DNA of 64,000 nt from Haplodiscus bocki (lineage: Eukaryota): the NCBI GenBank assembly GCA_965655095.1, contig OZ296648.1:8494001-8558000 (forward strand). The letters are read 5' to 3'. The first letter of the stretch is position 1. Each line of letters begins with the position of its first letter. Of the stretch, positions 37,826 through 48,998 are shown piece by piece. The position numbers were made by a program, and so were the translations under genes. Below the pieces are notes generated by a model. That model saw nothing but the letters and a program-made list of their open reading frames with translations. It was not told where the DNA came from and did not search any database.

Positions 37826-40800
37826 TTAAGAACTCCTTATTCTTCTATTTCTCATATTTTGATTATGGCATTGTCTACATATAGTTTTGTTTTTAATATA
37901 ATTATCAGGATTTATTACATTTTCACATTTACTACATTTTTTTATTGTATCTTTAACAGGTTTTTCTGTAACAATATTGTCTTCTGTTTGATAATACGGG
38001 AGCATGTAACCTAATTCATTTTCTGGTTTACGCTTTAATTTTTTTATTTCAACAGAGTATATAGCTATACGAGTTATTTTATTTAAACAATCTTTACAAC
38101 TGTTACTTATTTCACATTGAAAACAATTCATTTGAGGTTTAAGTAGGCATGATTTACATAGTTTGTTTTCATTACAAAGTTCACAATACGGTTTACGATG
38201 CGGTATTTTAATTCCGGCAAGTTCCCGTTTCCATTTTAGTTTAGATCTGTTTTCAATTGTTAATCCTTTTTCTAAATCAAGAAAACCTTTAAATGTTATA
38301 TCATTTATATTTTGGTTGAATCCTTTGAAAGTTGTTTTTTGTGATAAAACACCGTTTTCATCTATAACAATACAGTATTTGACTTTTGGAGCTAAAAACA
38401 ATCCATATTTGATACCCGCATTATCACCATAATCATTTTAGATTGCCAAAGACCTTTTCCTATTAAACCATTTTCATCCAAGATATTGTAATCGTTTTTG
38501 TGTATATATACACTATCGGTATCTCCATAGTATATTTTATTGTTTGTGAAACCATCTAATATTAAAATAACATCGTTCATTAATCTTTTTGAATGTGATA
38601 AAATCGTAGAGCCAAATTGAAATGGTTGGCTATTTATCTTTTTAGATATACCATTATCGTCGACACCTTCATGATCTACTATATTAACCATATAATTACC
38701 GTTTTCAAGAGGTATATAATTTTTAACTCTATCATCGTATTCTGTAAGCATCCAATTTTCTGTTACACATTTGTAATTTTCGGTAATATCTTGTCTAATA
38801 CAACTTCCATAACCACCGTTTACGGTATCTTTACACATTAATTGCAATATATTTTTACCTTGATTTTTATATTCATTACGTTTGTCTATCAAATCATGAA
38901 CATATTCGGTAAATGGATTGTAATCTAAATTATCACAGATAAATCCTTCTATAAATTCTAAAATAATACCTCCTATTCTAACAATTTGTTCAATATCAAC
39001 GCTAGTTAAATGCTGAGTTATATGACCATTTCGAAATCTATTTACACGCTCGAATTTGTTTTTTGACTCATTAAAGACTTCTTCGTTAACAGCTGAATGT
39101 TGTAATATTAAGTATTCAGGTTTATAATATTTGACTTTAAAAAATCCGGAATTGTTTAAGTTTTTCCATCCGTTATTGTTAAAGAGATCACATAAATAAT
39201 TACTGTCTTGTTTAGGATTGATAGCTATCGATGTTTCTATTTTAGGCCATGTTGATTTATGACACGACATAGCTGACGGATATAACGATGTATAATCACT
39301 GCTTACTAACAGATCAGACTTATCGATTTTGTTTAATTCTTTCGATATAGGTAAACTTGCTAGTTTTTCGTTAACATATTTTTCTTGTTCTTTAGTATCA
39401 ATTCGTCTATAATCAACATATCTCGATTCGTATTTCTTATTGTAATGTTCACGAACTTTATTGATTTGACGGTAATATATACTGAACAATGTTGATATTT
39501 CTTGATCTTTACCTAAATATTTTTCGAGAATGTCAACTATTTGATTAAAAGAAGACGAAACAAATTTACGGTTCAAAGCAACAACTCTTCCTCCATGTAC
39601 TGTTTTTCTAATGAAATCTCTAACGTATTTATTTTTTGGGGTATAAAACGTTTTTCCTGAAGCCTCCATATATTTACCTAACGTCGACCATGATAACGAC
39701 GATTGTGTTAACGAAGTTTTAAATGAAACACCAGTTATTTTTTGAATTTTGTTAGCGTGTTTAGCAACGAGCATACCTAACCCTAAAACATCATTAATCA
39801 AATACGGTTTCCAAAAACGTTCTTTTTCTGTATAGTTAGATAATGTTATATCACTATGTTCCATTTCAGTCTTTAAAAGTTGTGGTTGTATACCATAATC
39901 TTTTTGAATCTTTCTTAATGATCCTGATATATGTACTTTACTACAGACGAATTTCATGTATTGAGGTATTTCTTTATTATTGTTGTCATAAATAGTACCT
40001 ACTCTAAAAATTAGTTTCAAAATACCTCTAGATGTATGTATTATTTTTGGAAAATATGTTTTCGGGAGAGAATTTAATACAATAACGTTATCGAATCCAG
40101 AAGCGTTATGAGGTATTAGTTGATATTTATAACAAGATATTTTATAATTACCGTCTTTATCTTTGAAAAATTTAGGTTTTCCTTTGTAGTTTCTAACGAT
40201 AAAATTTATCATGTCCATTACAGGGTTTTTGTTTTTATAATCAAAAATGTGAACATTTTCTCTCTCGATTTTTAATTCGTCTTCAGATAAATTACCATTG
40301 TAACACTCCTTTAGACGATTAAGATGATAACAACCGGCAGCATATGGAACACAATATTGTTTATAATCAACGTTAGCTGTTTCAAGGTCAAAAGCAAATA
40401 CGGCATATAGACAATCTTTTTCGTTTGATATAGGAAATTTATATTCTTGAACCTGTTTGAGTATGTTATCAGATATTTGGTTATCTTCATATTTGAAATT
40501 GTCTTCTAATTCTTTTATGGCGTTAGTGAAAGAGGTGTTTTTTGTCTTCCATATCACACAGAAATGATTTTCATGGATAATTAAACAAAGTCTTCGTTCA
40601 GTAACATATCGAGGAAGAATTTCTTGTTGATTTATATTGTAAACACCGAGGTTGATGTTATATTTTTTACAAAATGGTTGAATTTTAGCAGAAGTCTTAA
40701 TGTTTTTGGTTGTTTTACTGTTTTTTATAAAATCATGATATTTTTTAGTAAAATCTTTTTTGTATATGAATTCAAGACATTTTCTGAAACATTCGTTTTC

Positions 40801-41407
40801 TTCAGGAATATAACATAAATTACCTCTATATTCAACAATCTTTTTAAAACTATCACAACCAGTACCATAATATGAACGACGAATTTTATTGAATGATTTG
40901 GTGTATTTAATAACTATTCCTGTAAAAGTGATTGCCACGCTTTCATCATATCTTTCATTGATTTTTTCTATTCTTTCAATCAAAGCATCTCTATTACTAA
41001 AGAAAGCATTTATCATGGAAGATTCTTTATCATTGATTTTTAATTCGCCTTTTAATATAAAAGGATATTCATCTGTTACATTTTCAAGTACCTTTATAAT
41101 ATCATCGTTCTCAAATTTGACTATGTTGTTTTCTATAATATTTAGATATTCTCCCAAATCAATTTCATCGTTATCGAATTTAATATCACTAAAATCGAAC
41201 GGATTAGTCTCACCATAACGCTCATTATCTCGAATTTTTTGGTTAATGTTGTTTAATTCAATTATTTTATTATTATGTCTGGTGACTAATTCGTTTTTGG
41301 AATCGTTTAAAACCTCGTTGTTTCTTGTTTGTGGTGTTTTTTATTTTATTATTTACTATTTCTATTCTGTGTTCCAATAATTCAATCTCTTCGATAATTT
41401 GTTCCAT
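37826..41407 (-). pseudogene. Left-arm pPolB, frameshifted
   Basis: Near-identical to 52558-56142. A 2-bp deletion near 41317 and a 1-bp deletion near 38438 split it into the 921-aa and 191-aa track ORFs. Confidence 0.92.
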
Positions 41408-41507
41408 TTAATAAAATATAAATCGTTGAATTAAAAAATTAAACAGGTTGAAAAAGTAGTATTTTAAATTAATTCATATAAGAATTCAATAATTTATTAT
41501 TAAATAA

Positions 41508-41807
41508 ATGAATGACCAAATACAAATAAATAAAATTTTTCGTCTATGCGGTCATGAAAGAGAGTATGATAACTATCACAGACTATATGTTGCTTGCAAA
41601 AAAAGCGCTAGTAGACGATGTGCTAAACATTATCAGAAAAACAGGGAAAAAATATTAGAAAAAGCTAAATTATATCGAGAAAACAATAAAGATAAATTAA
41701 AACAAAACCGAAAAACAGTTAGTTCATATAAAGATGATATACAAGATCTTTACAATCAGATTAACACCTTAACAGAGATGCTGAAATCTACCACATTAGT
41801 TACTTAG
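41508..41807 (+). CDS. Left-arm copy 1 of the 99-aa Zn-ribbon/basic coiled-coil protein (two Cys lost)
   Basis: Mirror of 52158-52457, with ICRLC changed to IFRLC and CKKC to CKKS. Confidence 0.65.
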   Translation: MNDQIQINKIFRLCGHEREYDNYHRLYVACKKSASRRCAKHYQKNREKILEKAKLYRENNKDKLKQNRKTVSSYKDDIQDLYNQINTLTEMLKSTTLVT

Positions 41808-41902
41808 AATGGTGTTGATTCGAGAATACAAAATAACAACAGAATCGTTAACAGTTCATTTTAAAAAAATAATATTGAAATAATAATTATCTCTTTTTAA
41901 AC

Positions 41903-42638
41903 ATGACAGGCCTGATGTGTCAAGTAACGTGTGCGCCGTGTGATTTAAAAATTGATGAAACGAAGTGGAAGGAACACTTATGTTCTGAAAAACATTTAAA
42001 ATATTGTAAAGGTGCTGACCAAAGTATTGCAATAAAATTCTTTGAAATGATTTTTGCAGCAAATCCAGAAAAAAAAGATATTCAATTCAAAAATTGAAAA
42101 GGCACTCGATTTCTGGCGTTTATATTTTTCGACAAAACTACCAAAAGAGAAATCTGATCTATTATGTAATGATTCATACGATAAAAAGGAAATAGAGAAA
42201 AATCTTGAAACCGATTTCAACGATTTTATATTAAAAGTAGTACCTATTATCGGAAAAAACTATTTTCCTTCATTGAAAGATAAAACATTTTGTGAAATTT
42301 GTAGTGTAGAAGTAAATATAACACTTCTTTATAAACATATTAATTCAAAAGAACACAAGCAAATCGAAAATTACCTTATTAAGAACAGCATGACATATTG
42401 TGAAGTTTGTAAAAAAGAGATAAGAAATGATGAATGGAGAGAACATAATATTTCAGAAAATCACTTAGAGAAAGAACAAAAAAATTATTGTAAAGTTTGT
42501 AAGACGAAATATAGTGTTGTAGGGTATGCGAATTCATATGATAGTTTCCAAGAAAAATGCAGATGGGCTGAAGTTAGTCACACAGCTAACAAGGATCACA
42601 AACTAAATGCAGAGAGATTTGATTTTTATGGTTGTTAA
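41903..42638 (+). CDS. Multi U1/matrin-type C2H2 zinc-finger protein split at an A8 run (copy 1)
   Basis: The 64-aa and 194-aa ORFs overlap at GAAAAAAAAG and carry repeated CxxC...H..S..H fingers. Confidence 0.7.
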
Positions 42639-42676
42639 ATCAGAAAATTTATAATGATGAGTACTTTTGTATATAA

Positions 42677-42967
42677 ATGAATAAAAGATTTTCATACGAT
42701 AATATGATTAAATCACGATCAATAGAACCAAGTGACATAATTAGAACCTTTAAACTAGATCGATGTTGTGATTTTATGGAAGAGAAATACAATAATCCTA
42801 GATTAACTCAAAAAGAAATTTGTAATCAGCTAGGATTTACTGATAGAACTATTAGACGATACAGAGATGATATTAAAATGGATAGTCCTTATAGAATAAA
42901 TAATAACAAAAAGAAAAAACCTAAACAACCAACAGATACTAAATCAGTTCCAAATAAGAAATCTTAA
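42677..42967 (+). CDS. HTH DNA-binding protein (copy 1); reading frame continues past TAA to 43135
   Basis: LTQKEICNQLGFTDRTIRRY helix-turn-helix and a basic KKKKPK patch. Confidence 0.7.
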   Translation: MNKRFSYDNMIKSRSIEPSDIIRTFKLDRCCDFMEEKYNNPRLTQKEICNQLGFTDRTIRRYRDDIKMDSPYRINNNKKKKPKQPTDTKSVPNKKS

Positions 42968-43197
42968 AACAATGTTATAAAAGGTGGTAATGTTTCTGAT
43001 ACCCACACATTATCTGGTAGAGAATTAATCGCTCATACTTTTCAGAATGATAAAGCAGACTCTATTTTAGAAAACAAACAGGAAGATAATAAAAAATATA
43101 TTACTATAGCTAGAAGAATGGTAGATGGTGTTTAAAAACACATATAATTGCATGAATATCAAATATAATTACTCATACACGAGTTTCTTATTATTAA

Positions 43198-43503
43198 ATG
43201 GATAAAATAGAACAAGAAATAAAACAAGATGAAAATACGATAAATGATATAGCAGAGAAATTAGAACTCGTCTCTAACACTAATATGATAACAAAAGAAG
43301 AACTTTTACAGAAATTTGTAGCTAAAGATGTTATAAAAAACAAGATGATTAATGTTGCTGGTCAAATGTTTATAGAATATGAGAAAGAATTAGATAATTC
43401 TAATAAAATAATCAAAGGATACGAAGATTATATCGGAGATGATAAAATCAGAAAGGATATATTAGATAACGTTTGTGGATTAAACAAAGTCTTCGTTCAG
43501 TAA
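43198..43503 (+). pseudogene. Truncated copy of the 131-aa helical protein at the duplication junction
   Basis: Nearly identical to 46094-46489 up to ...VCG, then reads into pPolB antisense. Confidence 0.8.
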
Positions 43504-44307
43504 CATATCGAGGAAGAATTTCTTGTTGATTTATATTGTAAACACCGAGGTTGATGTTATATTTTTTACAAAATGGTTGAATTTTAGCAGAAGTCATAAT
43601 GTTTTTGGTTGTTTTACTGTTTTTTATAGAAATCATGATATTTTTTAGTAAAATCTTTTTTGTATATGAATTCAAGACATTTTCTGAAACATTCGTTTTC
43701 TTCAGGAATATAACATAAATTACCTCTATATTCAACAATCTTTTTAAAACTATCACAACCAGTACGATAATATGAACGACGAATTTTATTGAATGATTTG
43801 CTGTATTTAATAACTATTCCTTTAAAAGTGATTGGCACGCTTTCATCATATCTTTCATTGATTTTTTCTATTCTTTCAATCAAAGCATCTCTTTTACTAA
43901 AGAAAGCATTTATCATGGAAGATTCTTTATCATTGATTTTTAATTCGCCTTTTAATATAAGAGGATATTCATCTGTTACATTTTCAAGTACCTTTATAAT
44001 ATCATCGTTCTCAAATTTGACTATGTTGTTTTCTATAATATTTAGATATTCTCCCAAATCAATTTCATCGTTATCGAATTTAATATCACTAAAATCAAAC
44101 GGATTAGTCTCACCATAACGCTCATTATCTCGAATTTTTTGGTTAATGTTGTTTAATTCAATTATTTTATTATTATGTCTGGTGACTAATTCGTTTTTGG
44201 AATCGTTTAAAACCTCGTTGTTTCTTGTTTGTGGTGTTTTTTATTTTATTATTTACTATTTCTATTCTGTGTTCCAATAATTCAATCTCTTCGATAATTT
44301 GTTCCAT
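43480..44307 (-). pseudogene. 5' fragment of pPolB in the duplicated unit
   Basis: N-terminal ~275 codons only, with frameshifts near 44217 and 43625. Confidence 0.88.
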
Positions 44308-44407
44308 TTAATAAAATATAAATCGTTGAATTAAAAAATTAAACAGGTTGAAAAAGTAGTATTTTAAATTAATTCATATAAGAATTCAATAAATTATTAT
44401 TAAATAA

Positions 44408-44703
44408 ATGAATGACCAAATACAAATAAATAAAATTTGTCGTCTATGCGGTCATGAAAGAGTATGATAACTATCACAGACTATATGTTGCTTGCAAAAA
44501 AAGCGCTAGTAGACGATGTGCTAAACATTATCAGAAAAACAGGGAAAAAATATTAGAAAAAGCTAAATTATATCGAGAAAACAATAAAGATAAATTAAAA
44601 CAAAACCGAAAAAGTTAGTTCATATAAAGATGATATACAAGATCTTTACAAACAGATTAACACCTTAACAGAGATGCTGAAATCTACCACATTAGTTACT
44701 TAG
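44408..44703 (+). pseudogene. Left-arm copy 2 of the 99-aa protein, frameshifted
   Basis: 2-bp deletions near 44460 and 44613 relative to the other copies. Confidence 0.75.
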
Positions 44704-44798
44704 AATGGTGTTGATTCGAGAATACAAAATAACAACAGAATCGTTAACAGTTCATTTTAAAAAAATAATATTGAAATAATAATTATCTCTTTTTAAAC

Positions 44799-45534
44799 AT
44801 GACAGGCCTGATGTGTCAAGTAACGTGTGCGCCGTGTGATTTAAAAATTGATGAAACGAAGTGGAAGGAACACTTATGTTCTGAAAAACATTTAAAATAT
44901 TGTAAAGGTGCTGACCAAAGTATTGCAATAAAATTCTTTGAAATGATTTTTGCAGCAAATCCAGAAAAAAAAGATATTCAATTTAAAAAATGAAAAGGCA
45001 CTCGATTTCTGGCGTTTATATTTTTCGACAAAACTACCAAAAGAGAAATCTGATCTATTATGTAATGATTCATACGATAAAAAGGAAATAGAGAAAAATC
45101 TTGAAACCGATTTCAACGATTTTATATTAAAAGTAGTACCTATTATCGGAAAAAACTATTTTCCTTCATTGAAAGATAAAACATTTTGTGAAATTTGTAG
45201 TGTAGAAGTAAATATAACACTTCTTTATAAACATATTAATTCAAAAGAACACAAGCAAATCGAAAATTACCTTATTAAGAACAGCATGACATATTGTGAA
45301 GTTTGTAAAAAAGAGATAAGAAATGATGAATGGAGAGAACATAATATTTCAGAAAATCACTTAGAGAAAGAACAAAAAAATTATTGTAAAGTTTGTAAGA
45401 CGAAATATAGTGTTGTAGGGTATGCGAATTCATATGATAGTTTCCAAGAAAAATGCAGATGGGCTGAAGTTAGTCACACAGCTAACAAGGATCACAAACT
45501 AAATGCAGAGAGATTTGATTTTTATGGTTGTTAA
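44799..45534 (+). CDS. Multi C2H2 zinc-finger protein split at an A8 run (copy 2)
   Basis: Same structure as 41903-42638 and 51327-52062. Confidence 0.7.
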
Positions 45535-45572
45535 ATCAGAAAATTTATAATGATGAGTACTTTTGTATATAA

Positions 45573-45863
45573 ATGAATAAAAGATTTTCATACGATAATA
45601 TGATTAAATCACGATCAATAGAACCAAGTGACATAATTAGAACCTTTAAACTAGATCGATGTTGTGATTTTATGGAAGAGAAATACAATAATCCTAGATT
45701 AACTCAAAAAGAAATTTGTAATCAGCTAGGATTTACTGATAGAACTATTAGACGATACAGAGATGATATTAAAATGGATAGTCCTTATAGAATAAATAAT
45801 AACAAAAAGAAAAAACCTAAACAACCAACAGATACTAAATCAGTTCCAAATAAGAAATCTTAA
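45573..45863 (+). CDS. HTH protein (copy 2)
   Basis: Identical 96-aa translation in all three copies. Confidence 0.7.
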   Translation: MNKRFSYDNMIKSRSIEPSDIIRTFKLDRCCDFMEEKYNNPRLTQKEICNQLGFTDRTIRRYRDDIKMDSPYRINNNKKKKPKQPTDTKSVPNKKS

Positions 45864-46093
45864 AACAATGTTATAAAAGGTGGTAATGTTTCTGATACCC
45901 ACACATTATCTGGTAGAGAATTAATCGCTCATACTTTTCAGAATGATAAAGCAGACTCTATTTTAGAAAACAAACAGGAAGATAATAAAAAATATATTAC
46001 TATAGCTAGAAGAATGGTAGATGGTGTTTAAAAACACATACAATTGCATGAATATCAAATATAATTACTCATACACGAGTTTCTTATTATTAA

Positions 46094-46489
46094 ATGGATA
46101 AAATAGAACAAGAAATAAAACAAGATGAAAATACGATAAATGATATAGCAGAGAAATTAGAACTCGTCTCTAACACTAATATGGTAACAAAAGAAGAACT
46201 TTTACAGAAATTTGTAGCTAAAGATGTTATAAAAAACAAGATGATTAATGTTGCTGGTCAAATGTTTATAGAATATGAGAAAGAATTAGATAATTCTAAT
46301 AAAATAATCAAAGGATACGAAGATTATATCGGAGATGATAAAATCAGAAAGGTTATATTAGATAAAGTTTGTGGAGATAACGTAAAAGAAGTTTGTTCTG
46401 AGAAAGATGAAGTTTATAAAAATAATTCTATTAACAGATTTATTAAAATTTTAAATAATAATAAACGAGAAATGCTATCAAACAAATAA
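46094..46489 (+). CDS. 131-aa predicted helical/coiled-coil protein, unknown function (left arm)
   Basis: TAAATG start; mirror of 50372-50767. Confidence 0.65.
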   Translation: MDKIEQEIKQDENTINDIAEKLELVSNTNMVTKEELLQKFVAKDVIKNKMINVAGQMFIEYEKELDNSNKIIKGYEDYIGDDKIRKVILDKVCGDNVKEVCSEKDEVYKNNSINRFIKILNNNKREMLSNK

Positions 46490-46613
46490 TTAATATTGAA
46501 AAAAGTATCAAAAATATTTTATTAATCTTTTTATATGAATGATATAGATTTTTATAATATTGTAATTGATATATTGCTTCGTTTGCTATATTGTTAACAA
46601 TTTCTGTTTTCAT
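46443..46613 (-). CDS. 56-aa protein with C-terminal hydrophobic anchor (left arm)
   Basis: Mirror of 50245-50418 with an in-frame 3-bp deletion. Confidence 0.45.
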   Translation of the reverse strand: MKTEIVNNIANEAIYQLQYYKNLYHSYKKINKIFLILFSILIICLIAFLVYYYLKF

Positions 46614-46775
46614 TTATCTTTTCTTATTATGTGTTTTTATTATCATTGAATTAGTACACGAGTTTTTTAAAACGTTACTAGCATGCCCTTGAGATCTAAT
46701 ATGGTTTTGATAATTGTCAGGTAAAACAGATATATGACAAACACCACAATAAATTCTGTTTTGTGTACAAGGCAT
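46614..46775 (-). CDS. 53-aa single C2H2 finger protein (left arm)
   Basis: Mirror of 50083-50244. Confidence 0.6.
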   Translation of the reverse strand: MPCTQNRIYCGVCHISVLPDNYQNHIRSQGHASNVLKNSCTNSMIIKTHNKKR

Positions 46776-46809
46776 TTTATTATTAAGATAATTTTTTTCA
46801 ATTTTTAGT

Positions 46810-47217
46810 TCATATCTTTATCCTTATATATGCATACCCACCTTGGCAAAAGACATATTCTCCCAAAGTTATTCCCATAACACTATATAACTTTTCTAAC
46901 ACTGCTTTATCTTCTATATTTGATTCTCTATCCTCCTGATTACAGAGTCTTAATAACAAAATTTCAGAACCATTATGTTTTACTTTTGTTTGGTTACTTT
47001 TTGTAATATTTTTAACGTTTGAAAAGTCTGTTTTTACGCTATCATTCGATTCAAGAGATAGCTTATTCATACTACATGTGAGATCATGATTATTACAACT
47101 TTTTTTCATAACATTAATATAATGTCCTTTGGATTTCAAATGATTCGAATAATTATTAGGAATATAAGATTTATTACAATCACTACAGTAAATTCTGTTG
47201 TTTTGAGCACAATACAT
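46810..47217 (-). CDS. 135-aa U1/matrin-type C2H2 finger protein (left arm)
   Basis: RIYCSDCNKSY...YSNHLKSKGH. Confidence 0.7.
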   Translation of the reverse strand: MYCAQNNRIYCSDCNKSYIPNNYSNHLKSKGHYINVMKKSCNNHDLTCSMNKLSLESNDSVKTDFSNVKNITKSNQTKVKHNGSEILLLRLCNQEDRESNIEDKAVLEKLYSVMGITLGEYVFCQGGYAYIRIKI

Positions 47218-47316
47218 TTTATTAATTCAGATAATTTATTTCAATTATGAATAAGTAATAGTGATTAGAAATTTCAAAATATCTGAATCATACAGTTTTC
47301 ATTGATTTAAATAACC

Positions 47317-47859
47317 ATGCTGAAGTACTGCAATGGTTGTAAAAGAGATTTAGGGATTGATAATTTCTATTCCTATAAGAAAAGTATTTGTAAACATTGT
47401 TTAAATAAAAAAGTTAAATGTGGTTATTGTGATAGGGAATTTAATAGTACTAATTTATCCAAACACATAAAGCAGAGACATAGTACTTACGTTTGTACTT
47501 ACAATAATAGTACTTCTAATAAGACAGTCAAAAATATTAGTACTTCTAATAAGACAGACAAAAATAATATTACAGATGAAAAAAACGAACCTTTATATCC
47601 AACAATAGGAGATGGTCTATATCTTAATAATTATAAAAAATTAATGAAAGATAAAATAAATAATTTAGATATAAAAACTCAAGATAAAATAAATAGAATT
47701 CTTACTAAAAATAGAATGCTACACGATAAAATAAAAAATAATACAATAACTATGAGAGAAGAAAAACAATACGAGAATAATCTAAACAAACTAAAAGATT
47801 TGGATTATTTCGATGAAAGAGTTTGTAAGATACTTTTAAAATACAAGTATCTTGATTAA
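47317..47859 (+). CDS. 180-aa C4 + C2H2 zinc-finger protein (left arm)
   Basis: CNGC...CKHC followed by CGYC...HIKQRH. Confidence 0.7.
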   Translation: MLKYCNGCKRDLGIDNFYSYKKSICKHCLNKKVKCGYCDREFNSTNLSKHIKQRHSTYVCTYNNSTSNKTVKNISTSNKTDKNNITDEKNEPLYPTIGDGLYLNNYKKLMKDKINNLDIKTQDKINRILTKNRMLHDKIKNNTITMREEKQYENNLNKLKDLDYFDERVCKILLKYKYLD

Positions 47860-47860
47860 G

Positions 47861-48330
47861 TTTGATCTAGCCAGATTTTTGTTAAAAGTATTTGATCGGC
47901 CAAGATTTATGTTTAAAGTATTTTGATCGAACAAGATTTATGTTTAAAGTATTTGATCGAACAAGATTTATGTTTAAAGTATTTGATCGAACAAGATTTT
48001 TATTTAAAGTATTTTGATTGAACAAGATTATGTTTAAAGTATCTGATCGAACAAGATTTTTGTATAAAGTATTTGATTGAACAAGATTTTGTTAAAAGTA
48101 TTTTATTCAAACAAGATTTTTATTTAAAATATTTGATCGAACAAGACTTATGTTAAAAGTATTTTGATTGAACAAGATTTATGTATAAAGTATTTTGATC
48201 GAACAAGATTTTTGTATAAAGTGTTTGAATAAGATTTATGTATAAAGTATTTGATCGAACAAGATTATGTTAAAAGTATTATGATCGAACAAGATTATGT
48301 TAAAAGTATTTTGATCGAACAAGATTAATG
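47861..48330 (+). repeat. Tandem array, ~16 x ~30 bp (TTTGATCGAACAAGATTTATGTTTAAAGTA), left of centre
   Basis: Directly visible head-to-tail units of 26-31 bp with no unique spacers. Confidence 0.92.
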
Positions 48331-48390
48331 TCAAAGATTATTCCAAAACAGATAAGTATAATTAAAATTACACAAATTGTTACATGAGCT

Positions 48391-48497
48391 TATATTTCGG
48401 ACAGGGGCGGACACATTGTAATTATATAAGTGTGATAATGCAAAATATATATACAATTATTTGTTTATTCTAGTGTCGGCGCAGTGTCGGAAATTTG
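48391..48497. other. 107-nt central spacer of the palindrome, itself an imperfect hairpin
   Basis: Perfect arm symmetry stops at ...TACATGAGCT (48390) and resumes at AGCTCATGTA (48498). Inside, ATTTCGGACA pairs with TGTCGGAAAT, CGGACAC with GTGTCGG and ATAAGTGT with ACAATTAT, each with a mismatch. Confidence 0.85.
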
Positions 48498-48557
48498 AGC
48501 TCATGTAACAATTTGTGTAATTTTAATTATACTTATCTGTTTTGGAATAATCTTTGA

Positions 48558-48997
48558 CATTAATCTTGTTCGATCATAATACTTTTAACATAATCTTGTT
48601 CGATCATAATACTTTTAACATAATCTTGTTCGATCAAATACTTTATACATAAATCTTATTCAAATTTTTTATACAAATATCTTGTTCGATCAAAATACTT
48701 TATACATAAATCTTGTTCGATCAAAATACTTTAAACATAATCTTGTTCAATCAAAATACTTTTAACATAAGTCTTGTTCGATCAAATATTTTAAATAAAA
48801 ATCTTGTTTGAATAAAATACTTTTAACAAAATCTTGTTCAATCAAATACTTTATACAAAAATCTTGTTCGATCAAATACTTTAAACATAAATCTTGTTCG
48901 ATCAAATACTTTAAACATAAATCTTGTTCGATCAAAATACTTTAAACATAAATCTTGGCCGATCAAATACTTTTAACAAAAATCTGGCTAGATCAAA
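48558..48997 (-). repeat. Inverted copy of the ~30-bp tandem array (~15 units), right of centre
   Basis: Reverse complement of 47861-48330 with unit gain/loss. Confidence 0.92.
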
Positions 48998-48998
48998 T

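Larger units (their letters stand above)
40581..46375. repeat. Tandem duplication in the left arm (units 40581-43479 and 43480-46375)
   Basis: The ORF set repeats with a period of ~2896-2899 bp. The junction GTTTGTGGA|TTAAACAAAG fuses the 131-aa gene to the pPolB antisense strand. Confidence 0.92.

Noticed and set aside
48481-48486. GCAGTG in the central spacer equals the TSD
   Set aside because: A single 6-mer match is expected by chance (another lies in the terminal region) and no mechanism is evident.
47861-48997. CRISPR array
   Set aside because: The units are head-to-tail with no unique spacers, there are no cas genes and the context is eukaryotic.
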